DNA of 64,000 bases from IMG/VR virus record IMGVR_UViG_3300042474_001151, positions 112,431-176,430 of that record. One strand, 5' to 3'. Made by a program: the position numbers and the translations under genes. The notes below the pieces were generated by a model. That model was given only the letters and a program-made list of their open reading frames with translations, was not told where the DNA came from and made no database searches. Shown here piece by piece: positions 48,451 to 57,333 of this stretch (position 1 is the stretch's first letter; each line of letters begins with the position of its first letter). This DNA is from a virus (lineage: Duplodnaviria > Heunggongvirae > Uroviricota > Caudoviricetes).

Positions 48451-49144
48451 GAGGTTAACAATAGTCATTCCATCCAAGAATGAGGGGATAGTATTATATA
48501 ACTGCATTCAATACATATCAAGACAGAACCATATCGATGGGGTAAGAGTAATCATTGCAGATGTATCGGATGATAATGACTCCATAATATGGATTAAGAA
48601 AGCACAATTAGAGTTCAAACACTTATTAAAGATTACGGTAATCAAGGGAGGATATCCGGCAGAAGGAAGATTAAATGGAAGTATGTTGGTAACGACTCCG
48701 TATATGTTATTCTTGGATGCGGACATCTTATTAACCAATCCAAAGATTATTGAGGAGTGTTTATCTCATAAGAAGGATTTGGTAACGGTACTGTTCCATA
48801 CGGACAAACCCTACAGATGGGTATTCAGGGTATTTGATATGTTTCAATCTCTATCTACTTTAATCGGTTCACCATTCGCCGTGGGAGGATTCCAACTATG
48901 GAAGACGGAATCCTATTGGGAAGTTGGGGGATATAACCCACAAGAACTATTCGCCGAGGATTATTCAATATCACAGAAGGTAAAATCAAAAAACTTTAAG
49001 GTGGTAAACATAGAAGGAACATATACGTCATCCAGAAGATTTAAATCTAAAGGGGTATTATGGATGTTCAAGATAATGATTAAGAGTTACATAAACAGAA
49101 AGAACCCAGAGTTCTTCAGACATCATCACAACTACTGGAATTAA
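48428..49144 (+). CDS. Family-2 glycosyltransferase
   Basis: TIVIPSKNEG...LFLDADILL (DxD). Confidence 0.65.
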   Translation: MNIRSLSKRLTIVIPSKNEGIVLYNCIQYISRQNHIDGVRVIIADVSDDNDSIIWIKKAQLEFKHLLKITVIKGGYPAEGRLNGSMLVTTPYMLFLDADILLTNPKIIEECLSHKKDLVTVLFHTDKPYRWVFRVFDMFQSLSTLIGSPFAVGGFQLWKTESYWEVGGYNPQELFAEDYSISQKVKSKNFKVVNIEGTYTSSRRFKSKGVLWMFKIMIKSYINRKNPEFFRHHHNYWN

Positions 49145-49250
49145 TATGGGAACAATATTTCCTGTCATGATATCATTTACAATTGTAATAGGATTGACTA
49201 TTATTGTAATGATAATCGACCACATCACAAAAAAGAGATAAAAAAATTAT

Positions 49251-49937
49251 ATGAAAATTCTAATAATTGCAAAGGGGAGATGTGGTTCACATTCATTAAT
49301 AGATTGGTTAGGTGAGGAATTTAACTTAAAAACCATTTACGAAAATGAAAATAAGGACACTTCGGTGGTCGATGACTATATTATTAAAAGACACCCATCA
49401 TCTATTAAAGGAGATTTATCATCAGATTTTATCACCGATGGATACGATTACGTAATAAGGTTAATTAGGGAAAATACAATACTAACCGCTGAGAGTAATG
49501 TGTGGGCAGAAGAAAAACAAAAATATCACCCGAAGGGTAAGGAAAAATATATTATAGATGAAGCCTTTTTGAGAAAACACCATAGAGAAATTTGGAGTAA
49601 AAAAATAGGTTATGATGAATCCAACGACGTAATAAGGAATATAGGTGTTGGTATATTAGTTACATATGAAGAATTATTTTTATATGGGACAGGTCAGGAA
49701 AAGATAGAGAAGTATATGGGTTTTAAATCTACTTCAAAATTAAATACTGACCTCAAGAAAAGTAGATTTCACATAATGGATAAAACAGTATATACCACAT
49801 ATGATTTAGCATATAATAAAACCACTATCTTAGAAGAAATTATTAAACAAAAAGATTTAGTTATCGATAATTTAAACGAAAAGATTAAAAATTTAAACGA
49901 AACAATTGTAGATTTGGTATCATCAAAAAATAGATAA
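49251..49937 (+). CDS. Sulfotransferase-like protein, paralog of 50257
   Basis: MKILIIAKGRCGSHSL parallels MKICIISSIGRSGTTSL. Confidence 0.4.
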   Translation: MKILIIAKGRCGSHSLIDWLGEEFNLKTIYENENKDTSVVDDYIIKRHPSSIKGDLSSDFITDGYDYVIRLIRENTILTAESNVWAEEKQKYHPKGKEKYIIDEAFLRKHHREIWSKKIGYDESNDVIRNIGVGILVTYEELFLYGTGQEKIEKYMGFKSTSKLNTDLKKSRFHIMDKTVYTTYDLAYNKTTILEEIIKQKDLVIDNLNEKIKNLNETIVDLVSSKNR

Positions 49938-50260
49938 TGATTAAAAGAAAGAAACCCTTTGCAAAGATTGTAAAGGAATGGAATGAGGCATCCACCATGG
50001 AAGTATGGGAAGGAGTAAGGGATAACTTTATATTTGGATTCCTTGGTGCAACCATTGTGGTATTCATCGCAACTAGAGCCGACCTCATGGTATTATTTGG
50101 ATATCTGATATACTATTTCTTCATGGGGAGGATTGTCAATAGACCAAAATACGTCACGGACTTAGGTAAACTCATAGTGTTCCCCATCCCATCAGCACTT
50201 GGTGCATTCGCAGGATATAAGTTCTCGTACATTCTACAAGAGTTAACCCAACGTATATGA
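49937..50260 (+). CDS. Small membrane protein
   Basis: Two TM helices. Confidence 0.4.
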   Translation: MIKRKKPFAKIVKEWNEASTMEVWEGVRDNFIFGFLGATIVVFIATRADLMVLFGYLIYYFFMGRIVNRPKYVTDLGKLIVFPIPSALGAFAGYKFSYILQELTQRI

Positions 50261-50838
50261 AGATATGTATAATATCATCCATAGGTAGATCTGGAACAAC
50301 CTCACTATTTGATATGATGAGTTTATGTCTACCAAGATACTACACATGTTTAAATGAACCATTCGGTCGATTTCAAAGAGGGCATGAGATGAATCTTATT
50401 GAAAACGCCCCCAATGTTCTTGTAAAGGAGTTATTAAATAATACGGTTAACCATAAGGTTTTCCCATATGATTGGGTGTATCAGACCTTTGATAAGGTTA
50501 TTGTGATGGATAGAAGAAATAAGTGGGAACAGGCGGAGAGTCACGCAGCACATTCATATAAAGGGGATAACTTTAAAAGTTGGCACAATAGAAGGGAATA
50601 CGACTTAACAAACATACCCACGGAGTATATTAAGGCATTAGCAGACCAATCGGAGGATTTAATGCAATATCATAGGGGTAAGATTTACTATTACGAGGAT
50701 GTGTTTATGGAACATAACTTGGATTTGTTAATGGAGATTATGAATTCTGTGGGGATAACAGAAATACCCAATCAAATACTAAAGGATTATTTCTATAGTC
50801 CCAAGAAGAAGGTAAGAATAGTAAAGACCCTAATTTAA
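50257..50838 (+). CDS. Sulfotransferase-like protein
   Basis: IGRSGTTSL resembles the PAPS-binding [KR]SGTT motif. Confidence 0.5.
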   Translation: MKICIISSIGRSGTTSLFDMMSLCLPRYYTCLNEPFGRFQRGHEMNLIENAPNVLVKELLNNTVNHKVFPYDWVYQTFDKVIVMDRRNKWEQAESHAAHSYKGDNFKSWHNRREYDLTNIPTEYIKALADQSEDLMQYHRGKIYYYEDVFMEHNLDLLMEIMNSVGITEIPNQILKDYFYSPKKKVRIVKTLI

Positions 50839-50898
50839 GAGTGTCCAATTTAAAATATAACTGCGAACGGGGATTCCGGAGGTCTAATTTAAAATATA

Positions 50899-50930
50899 TT
50901 TGGAATATACTAGAATATAACATATATTTG
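50899..50930 (+). promoter_or_regulatory. Bacteroidetes-type promoter, class A
   Basis: TTTGGAATATAC, 20 nt, then TATATTTG, 4 nt before the ATG at 50935. Confidence 0.55.
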
Positions 50931-50934
50931 TGGT

Positions 50935-51195
50935 ATGAGAAGAAAGAAACCATTCATGGATGATATCCATAAGACCACACCTGTAACCATCACCTATAAG
51001 TTCTATAATGACACGGTGATTATGAAGAGAGACGTATATGATTTAACAATTAGGGACCTAATGGAGTTAAATCGGTCCATGGTGGTGAATGTCTTTGATG
51101 AACAACTCTATCAGGAGTATATTATTCAATTAGCAGGGGAGTTAACAAAGAAAAAGAATCCAATTAAGAACTTTATTGAAAGAATATTAAGATAA
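50935..51195 (+). CDS. Hypothetical protein
   Basis: ORF only. Confidence 0.45.
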   Translation: MRRKKPFMDDIHKTTPVTITYKFYNDTVIMKRDVYDLTIRDLMELNRSMVVNVFDEQLYQEYIIQLAGELTKKKNPIKNFIERILR

Positions 51196-51435
51196 GTTTG
51201 GAATTGTAATAAAGATATCTTATCTTTGTAAAAGAAATTAGTTCATTGACATTATTGGAAATATTATTTCATCTTCTTAATAGAAGATGGTGCCAGTTGT
51301 TTGGCACATAGTGAATTCTGAATAAACAGAATGTGGATTTATCCGTGGAGATTAATTTCTCACTCACTCAATACCTTTTATTTTTTAAAAATATTGTTCA
51401 CAACTCATTGTAACATAGAAGGTTGTATATGGATA

Positions 51436-51724
51436 GGTTGTGAATACCATTACTTTGAAAGGTTTATACAACAGAGTGACTGTCTAAATGACTACGACCC
51501 GGTTGTGAATACCCCTACTTTAAAAGGTATATACAACCGGTATAGCTCTCATGTCATTAATGATTTGGTTGTGAATACCATTACTTTGAAAGGTTTATAC
51601 AACAAACGATTGAAAGGTATATACAACCACCACATAAATGAAGATATATACAACATCCCATTCCATACTTTACATATTAAGGTATAAACAACGAATTGGT
51701 TATTAAAAGGTAATATACAACACG
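51436..51724 (+). repeat. Array of three 38-bp imperfect-palindromic direct repeats (GGTTGTGAATACCATTACTTTGAAAGGTTTATACAACA) with 27/28-bp spacers, then four decaying partial copies
   Basis: Copy 1 (51436-73) and copy 3 (51567-604) are identical. Copy 2 (51501-38) has five mismatches. The truncated copies keep AAAGGT[AT]TATACAAC at 51611, 51643, 51677 and 51705. The track ORF 51331..51687 is an artefact of reading through the repeats. Confidence 0.85.
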
Positions 51725-51775
51725 AAGTCTCACGACTTAAAGATTATTATTTCCAATAATATAAACAAAATAACC

Positions 51776-53143
51776 ATGTCCATTAAAACAAGGAAGATTA
51801 AATTGATTGCGGTTGGTGAAACTGCAAAGGATAGAACAAAGGTCTACAACTACATTAAGAAGGTTGCAGATGATTTGACCCAAGTGGGAAATGAGGTTAT
51901 AAGACTTCATGTGTGCAATCAATATGAAATTGACAGGTTAAAGGGTACAAATAATATTTCCAAGGGTGATGCAATTAAGATACTACAAGATTCACTTGGT
52001 ACATCCATAAGGAATTCGGGGTATCAACTACTAACAAAATTCCCATATATATCTTCTCAAGTAAGGACATGTTTCAATTCTGTTATATATAAGACCATAA
52101 GTGATAACTTCTATGATATCCTTAAAGGGAAAGTATCCATTCCATCATTTAGAAAATCTAATCTATCCATTCCATTTTCAGCCAATAATGATAAAGAAAC
52201 TGGTATAACGAACGCAATATACGCCGAGGGAGATAGATACTACATACAATTCCCATTATCGGGGGAAGAAAGAAAGATACATAAAAAAGTTGAATTATCC
52301 TTATTCTTCGGAAAAGATAGAAGTAATAATAGAATTATTGTAGATAGAATACTCAATAGTGAATATAAACTATGTGATAGTAACTTCAAAATAGAAGATA
52401 ATGATTTATATCTATTGATTACCTATAAACAACCAGATAGTATTAAACCCGAAATGGATGTTAATAAGGTAATGGGTATAGACTTAGGTATTAATAGACC
52501 CGTATCCATTTATATTTCCAATGAAAAACATCAACCACGACAGATTAATATAGGATTAAAGATACAACATGAAAGGATGAAATTCTATAAACATAGAAAA
52601 TCCCTACAGGAATCTTTAAAGTATTCTAAAGGTGGTCACGGTAGAAATAGAAAGTTGAAGTCTTTGGAAGATTTAAGAGATAAGGAAAAGAATTGGAGTC
52701 AATTAATAAATCATACTATCTCTCGAGAAGTTATCAGGATTGCTAACGAGTATAATGTTGGTGTTATCCATATGGAAGATTTAACAGGAATAACAACTAA
52801 CTCTAAGGATTACTTCATGAAGAGTTGGGCATACTACCAACTACAAACTTATATAGTATATAAAGCAAAAGAACTTGGGATAACCATATTATGGGTAGAC
52901 CCTAAGAATACTTCTAATACCTGTCCCACTTGTAAGGTTTCTGAACCATTGAATAGAAACGATAAAGATAAAACAAAATTCAGATGTATTAATTTGAATT
53001 GTAAGGACTTTGATATGGATAGAGATGCTGATATTGTAGGAGCATTTAATATAACACATACCTTAGGATTAGATGTAAAGTCTAATAGTAAAGAAGGTAG
53101 AATGAAAAAAGGTAAGGAGAAAAAATTTATGGAACAAGTATAA
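51776..53143 (+). CDS. tnpB: TnpB-like RNA-guided RuvC nuclease (IS200/IS605 OrfB/Cas12-like). No tnpA is nearby.
   Basis: RuvC-I MGIDLGINRP, RuvC-II VIHMEDLTGI, RuvC-III DMDRDADIVGAFNI, and zinc finger CPTC...FRCINLNC. Confidence 0.85.
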   Translation: MSIKTRKIKLIAVGETAKDRTKVYNYIKKVADDLTQVGNEVIRLHVCNQYEIDRLKGTNNISKGDAIKILQDSLGTSIRNSGYQLLTKFPYISSQVRTCFNSVIYKTISDNFYDILKGKVSIPSFRKSNLSIPFSANNDKETGITNAIYAEGDRYYIQFPLSGEERKIHKKVELSLFFGKDRSNNRIIVDRILNSEYKLCDSNFKIEDNDLYLLITYKQPDSIKPEMDVNKVMGIDLGINRPVSIYISNEKHQPRQINIGLKIQHERMKFYKHRKSLQESLKYSKGGHGRNRKLKSLEDLRDKEKNWSQLINHTISREVIRIANEYNVGVIHMEDLTGITTNSKDYFMKSWAYYQLQTYIVYKAKELGITILWVDPKNTSNTCPTCKVSEPLNRNDKDKTKFRCINLNCKDFDMDRDADIVGAFNITHTLGLDVKSNSKEGRMKKGKEKKFMEQV

Positions 53144-54018
53144 TATGTTCACTAATCTCTACCGTTCACGGAACGTGAACATAGGTATTTTGTGAACACT
53201 TTTACCCTGAAGGGAGGAGACGAGAGTCTCCGACCGTACAATTACCCCCTATAAAATTACCCCTCAGAACCCCTCCATAGGGGTTTTATTTTACCCCGAA
53301 TTTTTTCCTGTTTATACCACTAAAAACCCCACTTTTTCCTGTCTGTTTTATCGTGATCAATTAATATATCTAAAACTATCTTTTTCTATCCCATATTTGG
53401 GTTCTAGTATAATTTATCCACAATTCCCCACTTTCTCCCACTTACTAGGAATATACCCTGGGATTGACCCGTGAGCGAATCACAGACCATTTTATTTTTT
53501 CTACCAGAATATACCCCTAATATCATTATATTATTACGGTCGGACTCTTCGAGTCCTCCCTTCAGGATGTCATACAAGTGTCTTAGTATAACCCTTTATA
53601 TATTATATTAATCTGTCATACATTAGGTTCCACGTGGAACCCTGAAGGGGGACCGAAGGTCCCCCGTATAATGAAACATTCGTAATACGGGATGAAGGGG
53701 ACCGAAGGTCCCCGAGTATACTTATAATACTTTTATACGGTCCTGATGTGATACGTCTATAATCCCTGAACCGTAATACAAACATTACTGGGGTGAAGTA
53801 GAAAATGGTTTGCCAAACAACATTAACATTACTGGGGAGACCAATATTGTTTGGCAGATTATACGGGGACCTTCGGTCCCCTTCAGGAGAATCTTAGAAT
53901 AATCCTATGGAAATTAAAAAAACCCTTAGGGATTTTCCGAAGGGTTCTTAGTATAGTACAATATATGTCTTACAAGGAAAGGATGAAGGGGGACCGAAGG
54001 TCCCCCGTAAGTAATACT
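53144..54018. repeat. GC-rich structured non-coding region with nested palindromic repeats. A TnpB-associated ncRNA/right end or a MITE-like insertion is possible.
   Basis: Four hairpin units (GGGGGACC-GAAG-GGTCCCCC) at 53647-65, 53697-713, 53865-81 (inverted) and 53988-54006. Perfect palindrome GGTTCCACGTGGAACC at 53639. Imperfect 34-bp inverted repeats at 53205..53238 and 53535..53566. A 26-nt partial copy of the upstream array repeat at 53185-53210. AACATTACTGGGG motifs at 53784 and 53824. Confidence 0.8.
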
Positions 54019-54903
54019 CTATGTCCATTTAAAAATAAAGTTGAACTTATCTAAGTTACTTGAAAAACGAACAGGAACTAAATCATTTGATTTAAGTATG
54101 TATTTTATTCTTTCTGTTAATAGTGTTTCTAATAGTTCTTTTTTAGGTACTGCATAATCTTCAGAAAGTTTTGGGTACTCTATATAGATTGGCATAAAAT
54201 CGAAGTCTACTTCCCCAGTAATCTTGTTGTGGCTTCTTGCATCACATTTGAAATTAAGTTTAACATTTTTGGGGAATTTATAATATACCTTGATTTGTTT
54301 TAATTCACCATCATCTCCCATACTCGTATTGATTTCATCTGGTATTGTAAAGGTTCCCTCCTCGACGAAGTCAAGATGAACCTGAAGGTTATGTGGAGTA
54401 TTCTTTTGGGATTGGAGTTGTCTCAGACCTCTATTAATTCTTTCCAAGGTGGTGTCGTCGAGTTCCATTACAGATCTAAATCCCACGGGGTCCTTAAGAA
54501 ACGTCATCAGAGTCTTTACTTTACGAACTTCTTTTGTCCATTGAAGTATCTCCACGGGTAATACAGTGTCCATTGCACTGTTTAAGTTAAATCCAATGAA
54601 TTCATTCATTCCCCCAGTAAATAATAGGTCACTGATCCTCACCGTGGTTTCACCCATCTCATTACTATTCCCATCCATGTACTCGTCATACATGGGCTTG
54701 AACTTCTCCGCGATTTCGGTCATCAACTTGAATATTATATCTGGTTGGACCTGAGTCTCACGTATTACGATGTTCAAGTAAGCACCAAATGTACTGAAAG
54801 TTTCAGGTAATGTATAATAAATCTCACCGTTTATTGTGTTCAACGGACCCCTCAGAGACTTTACGAATCTCTCGAAATCTGATTTGTCTAATATTTTTCC
54901 CAT
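54019..54903 (-). CDS. Hypothetical protein
   Basis: 294-aa ORF. A hairpin plus T-run on the minus strand at about 53915-53950 lies downstream. Confidence 0.5.
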   Translation of the reverse strand: MGKILDKSDFERFVKSLRGPLNTINGEIYYTLPETFSTFGAYLNIVIRETQVQPDIIFKLMTEIAEKFKPMYDEYMDGNSNEMGETTVRISDLLFTGGMNEFIGFNLNSAMDTVLPVEILQWTKEVRKVKTLMTFLKDPVGFRSVMELDDTTLERINRGLRQLQSQKNTPHNLQVHLDFVEEGTFTIPDEINTSMGDDGELKQIKVYYKFPKNVKLNFKCDARSHNKITGEVDFDFMPIYIEYPKLSEDYAVPKKELLETLLTERIKYILKSNDLVPVRFSSNLDKFNFIFKWT

Positions 54904-54915
54904 AGATATAAATAT

Positions 54916-54944
54916 AAAAAAAAAGGTTCCATGGTGGTGGAACC
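54916..54944 (-). terminator. Intrinsic terminator (minus strand)
   Basis: GGTTCCA-CCACCA-TGGAACC hairpin followed by T9 on the minus strand. Confidence 0.55.
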
Positions 54945-54969
54945 TCTTAGTAATACATGTGTAATAAGA

Positions 54970-55149
54970 CTATCGTCCCATTAACTCGTTACGGAACTGT
55001 ACGGCCTTTCTCTTACTAGAGAAATTCTTAGAGTACTTAGTACCATTAACACTTACACGTACACGGTAAGATGAACCATCATGATAGATGTTGTCGGCGA
55101 CAGGAACATACGTAGTTACTGTGGTGCGACGGGATGTTGTTTTTTTCAT
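54970..55149 (-). CDS. Possible 59-aa AP2-like DNA-binding domain protein
   Basis: SSYRVRVSVNGTKYSKNFSSKRKAVQFRNE resembles the AP2/integrase-arm DNA-binding fold. Below the track size cutoff. Confidence 0.35.
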   Translation of the reverse strand: MKKTTSRRTTVTTYVPVADNIYHDGSSYRVRVSVNGTKYSKNFSSKRKAVQFRNELMGR

Positions 55150-55419
55150 TTGCGACTATTTTAAGTTTATATATAAAATATAACAAATAATATCCAAATA
55201 AAAAAATCCTGTCAAAAAAATATTTTATCCCAGTAATGTTCCGAGTCCCTGATCAGGTCCCACTGTTGAGATATCTATCTCCCCACTTCTTGGTCATATA
55301 GGCATCATACCTATGTACCTTGTTCGGGTTGAACAGGAATATCACGAAGTAGTAATCCCACTTCCACTCTAAATCTTTTAAAAACTTCTTCATATGATGT
55401 TGTTTATTCCCCAGTAATG

Positions 55420-55686
55420 TTATCCCATCTTCTCCTTCCTGAGGATGTCGGTCAGAAGATTTTTGTGATTTTGGAGGATTACACCGTGCTGTTTCTTAAG
55501 AGCTTCGTCCAAAGACATTCTTTTGTGTGTAATCCTCCAATTGATTCTGTCGGTCGACTCCCATCGTTCCCAATGTTTACCACTAGGTGATAATTGAATT
55601 CTACTGTGAATCTTTTTCATTTGCTTTTTATTTGATAATTCCGCAAAGGTACGGTGTTTAAGGGTTAATAACAAACCCTTAAACAA
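55420..55686 (-). CDS. Hypothetical basic protein
   Basis: ORF only. Its stop overlaps a CCCCAGTAATGTT motif. Confidence 0.4.
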   Translation of the reverse strand: MFKGLLLTLKHRTFAELSNKKQMKKIHSRIQLSPSGKHWERWESTDRINWRITHKRMSLDEALKKQHGVILQNHKNLLTDILRKEKMG

Positions 55687-56245
55687 ATTCTTCAGTTTTA
55701 ATCATATTGAAGTCAATTGACTTCAGTTTGAATATTAAGTAATCGATAGCTATTCCCACTATCTTTCCATTGTGCTTAGCCACAAGAAGTCGGTAGGAAC
55801 CATCTCCATAACCTGAAGACGATACTACCCCAGTATTATATGAACCCCACTGTTGGCTTGACAAGGTTAATCTGCACATCTTCTCATACCACTTATCTCC
55901 CTCACCCTCACACGGTAACATAAAGTCCATCTTAGGTGCTGTTATCTCATCAGCAATGGAATCATTCCTATAGGACTCCATATCAAATATCCCACACTGA
56001 CCTGAGTCAACACCGATATCTGCTGCGGTAACTGTTCTCCAAGACAAATCGTCCTCCACATAATCCTTGTGGACAGCAACAAGTGCTGCACATCTTGTAC
56101 CCCAACCACCGGTCTCATCCGATTTGAATGCTGTGGAGGAATACTCACCAGGTAATACATCTGTCAACTTATGCTGACACCAGGTAGGGACAGTGTAACA
56201 AGGGTCCGATACCATAACTTCCGAGCCTAAATAAATTTTTTCCAT
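55679..56245 (-). CDS. Hypothetical protein
   Basis: 188-aa ORF, GC-richer than its surroundings. Confidence 0.5.
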   Translation of the reverse strand: MEKIYLGSEVMVSDPCYTVPTWCQHKLTDVLPGEYSSTAFKSDETGGWGTRCAALVAVHKDYVEDDLSWRTVTAADIGVDSGQCGIFDMESYRNDSIADEITAPKMDFMLPCEGEGDKWYEKMCRLTLSSQQWGSYNTGVVSSSGYGDGSYRLLVAKHNGKIVGIAIDYLIFKLKSIDFNMIKTEEFV

Positions 56246-56246
56246 T

Positions 56247-56570
56247 TTAAATTACATTTATTGTGAATGATTCTGTTTCGATTTGTCTGTGTAAATAAAC
56301 TAAGTGTTCCATTGTAAGGTCGTTATAACCTAAGTCGTGGTAACCATCTCCTGTAATACCTTTGGTGATTAACTCACCTGTGGTTCCACATATTCCAATA
56401 ACAACTACTTTAACTTGGTAGTCGTCGTCGAAGTTTTGGGTAAACCACACTGAGAATGGGCTGGTTAATTCTAATTCAAAATCATCCCCTCCGTTAAGTT
56501 TAACGGTTCTGTGGACGATATCTCGGTGAATACTATCACGGAGTTTTAATAATTCTTGACCATAGTTCAT
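56247..56570 (-). CDS. Hypothetical protein
   Basis: ORF preceded by a class-A-like promoter. Confidence 0.45.
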   Translation of the reverse strand: MNYGQELLKLRDSIHRDIVHRTVKLNGGDDFELELTSPFSVWFTQNFDDDYQVKVVVIGICGTTGELITKGITGDGYHDLGYNDLTMEHLVYLHRQIETESFTINVI

Positions 56571-56594
56571 ATGATTAATAGTTTTAGTGTAATA

Positions 56595-56626
56595 CGAAAT
56601 TAGATATTATTTTCGAATATTCCAAA
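56595..56626 (-). promoter_or_regulatory. Probable class A promoter (minus strand)
   Basis: Minus strand reads TTTGGAATATTCG, 20 nt, then TAATTTCG (imperfect -7 box), upstream of the ATG at 56570. Confidence 0.4.
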
Positions 56627-57109
56627 TTATCCTAGAATATTTTTTAGAACTTTAACATTCTCGTTAATCTCAAGGTCCATCACTTTAAGTAACTTCTCCT
56701 TAGCTAACTCCATAAACTCTACACTGTTACCCAGTAAATCAATGTCCGTCCCGTGCACATCCGTCTTCCCGACGATGACCCTGATGTCCTTAGTGCCTTT
56801 ACCCTCTCTATAGAATAGAGCTCGAGCGTAGATGTACTCACGAACCAAAGACAGTTTGATTTCATCAGCAACCGATTCCTTAGAACGGAGTTGCATAATG
56901 ATTTCTTCTAACTTGGCTAACATCTCGAAGTTGGTCTTCATCATACGGATGCTGTTCTTATACTGATTACAGTACTTCACCAGCTCATCAGTGTGAGGAA
57001 TACTTAAATCGATGTCCACATTAAGGAACCGATCGTACGAACTAATTCTATCTCGGGTACCCACTATCTCGGTGAATACTCCTCCCGTTAAACGATTTTC
57101 TCTACCCAT
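56627..57109 (-). CDS. Hypothetical protein
   Basis: ORF only. Confidence 0.45.
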   Translation of the reverse strand: MGRENRLTGGVFTEIVGTRDRISSYDRFLNVDIDLSIPHTDELVKYCNQYKNSIRMMKTNFEMLAKLEEIIMQLRSKESVADEIKLSLVREYIYARALFYREGKGTKDIRVIVGKTDVHGTDIDLLGNSVEFMELAKEKLLKVMDLEINENVKVLKNILG

Positions 57110-57333
57110 TTTATTTTTGTTTTTAATTTGTTTAAAATCCCAGTAAACTTGTCCCCATCCTGGCTCACCTCAGGTGCGAACTCATATCTCGTGTTCATTG
57201 TACTTCCCAAATAACCAGTAAAGTATTTGGTTGGTTCAACATATTGGCTTGATACTCTATATCTTTCCACCCACTCATTAAATGATAATGGGGTTTGGAA
57301 TGTGCTCATCTTACATTTCAGTTTCTTTTCCAT
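57088..57333 (-). CDS. Hypothetical protein
   Basis: ORF only. Confidence 0.4.
   Translation of the reverse strand: MEKKLKCKMSTFQTPLSFNEWVERYRVSSQYVEPTKYFTGYLGSTMNTRYEFAPEVSQDGDKFTGILNKLKTKIKWVEKIV

Noticed and set aside
51436-51610. Calling the three-repeat array a bona fide CRISPR array
   Set aside because: Only three full repeats are present. The spacers look partially related to each other and the middle repeat is divergent. Reiterated IS-end hairpins or an operator array explain the data equally well, so it is reported as a repeat with the CRISPR-like option flagged.
51331-51687. 118-aa plus-strand ORF in the track with repeated peptide VVNT[IP]TLKG[LI]YN
   Set aside because: It is generated by reading through the 38-bp direct repeats. 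The periodic peptide repeat mirrors the DNA repeat, so it is not a gene.
53144-54018. tRNA or tmRNA genes in the GC-rich tract
   Set aside because: The hairpins are simple 7-8-bp stems with 3-4-nt loops (GGGGGACC-GAAG-GGTCCCCC). No D-arm, anticodon arm or GTTCRANYC T-loop arrangement could be assembled by eye anywhere in the window.
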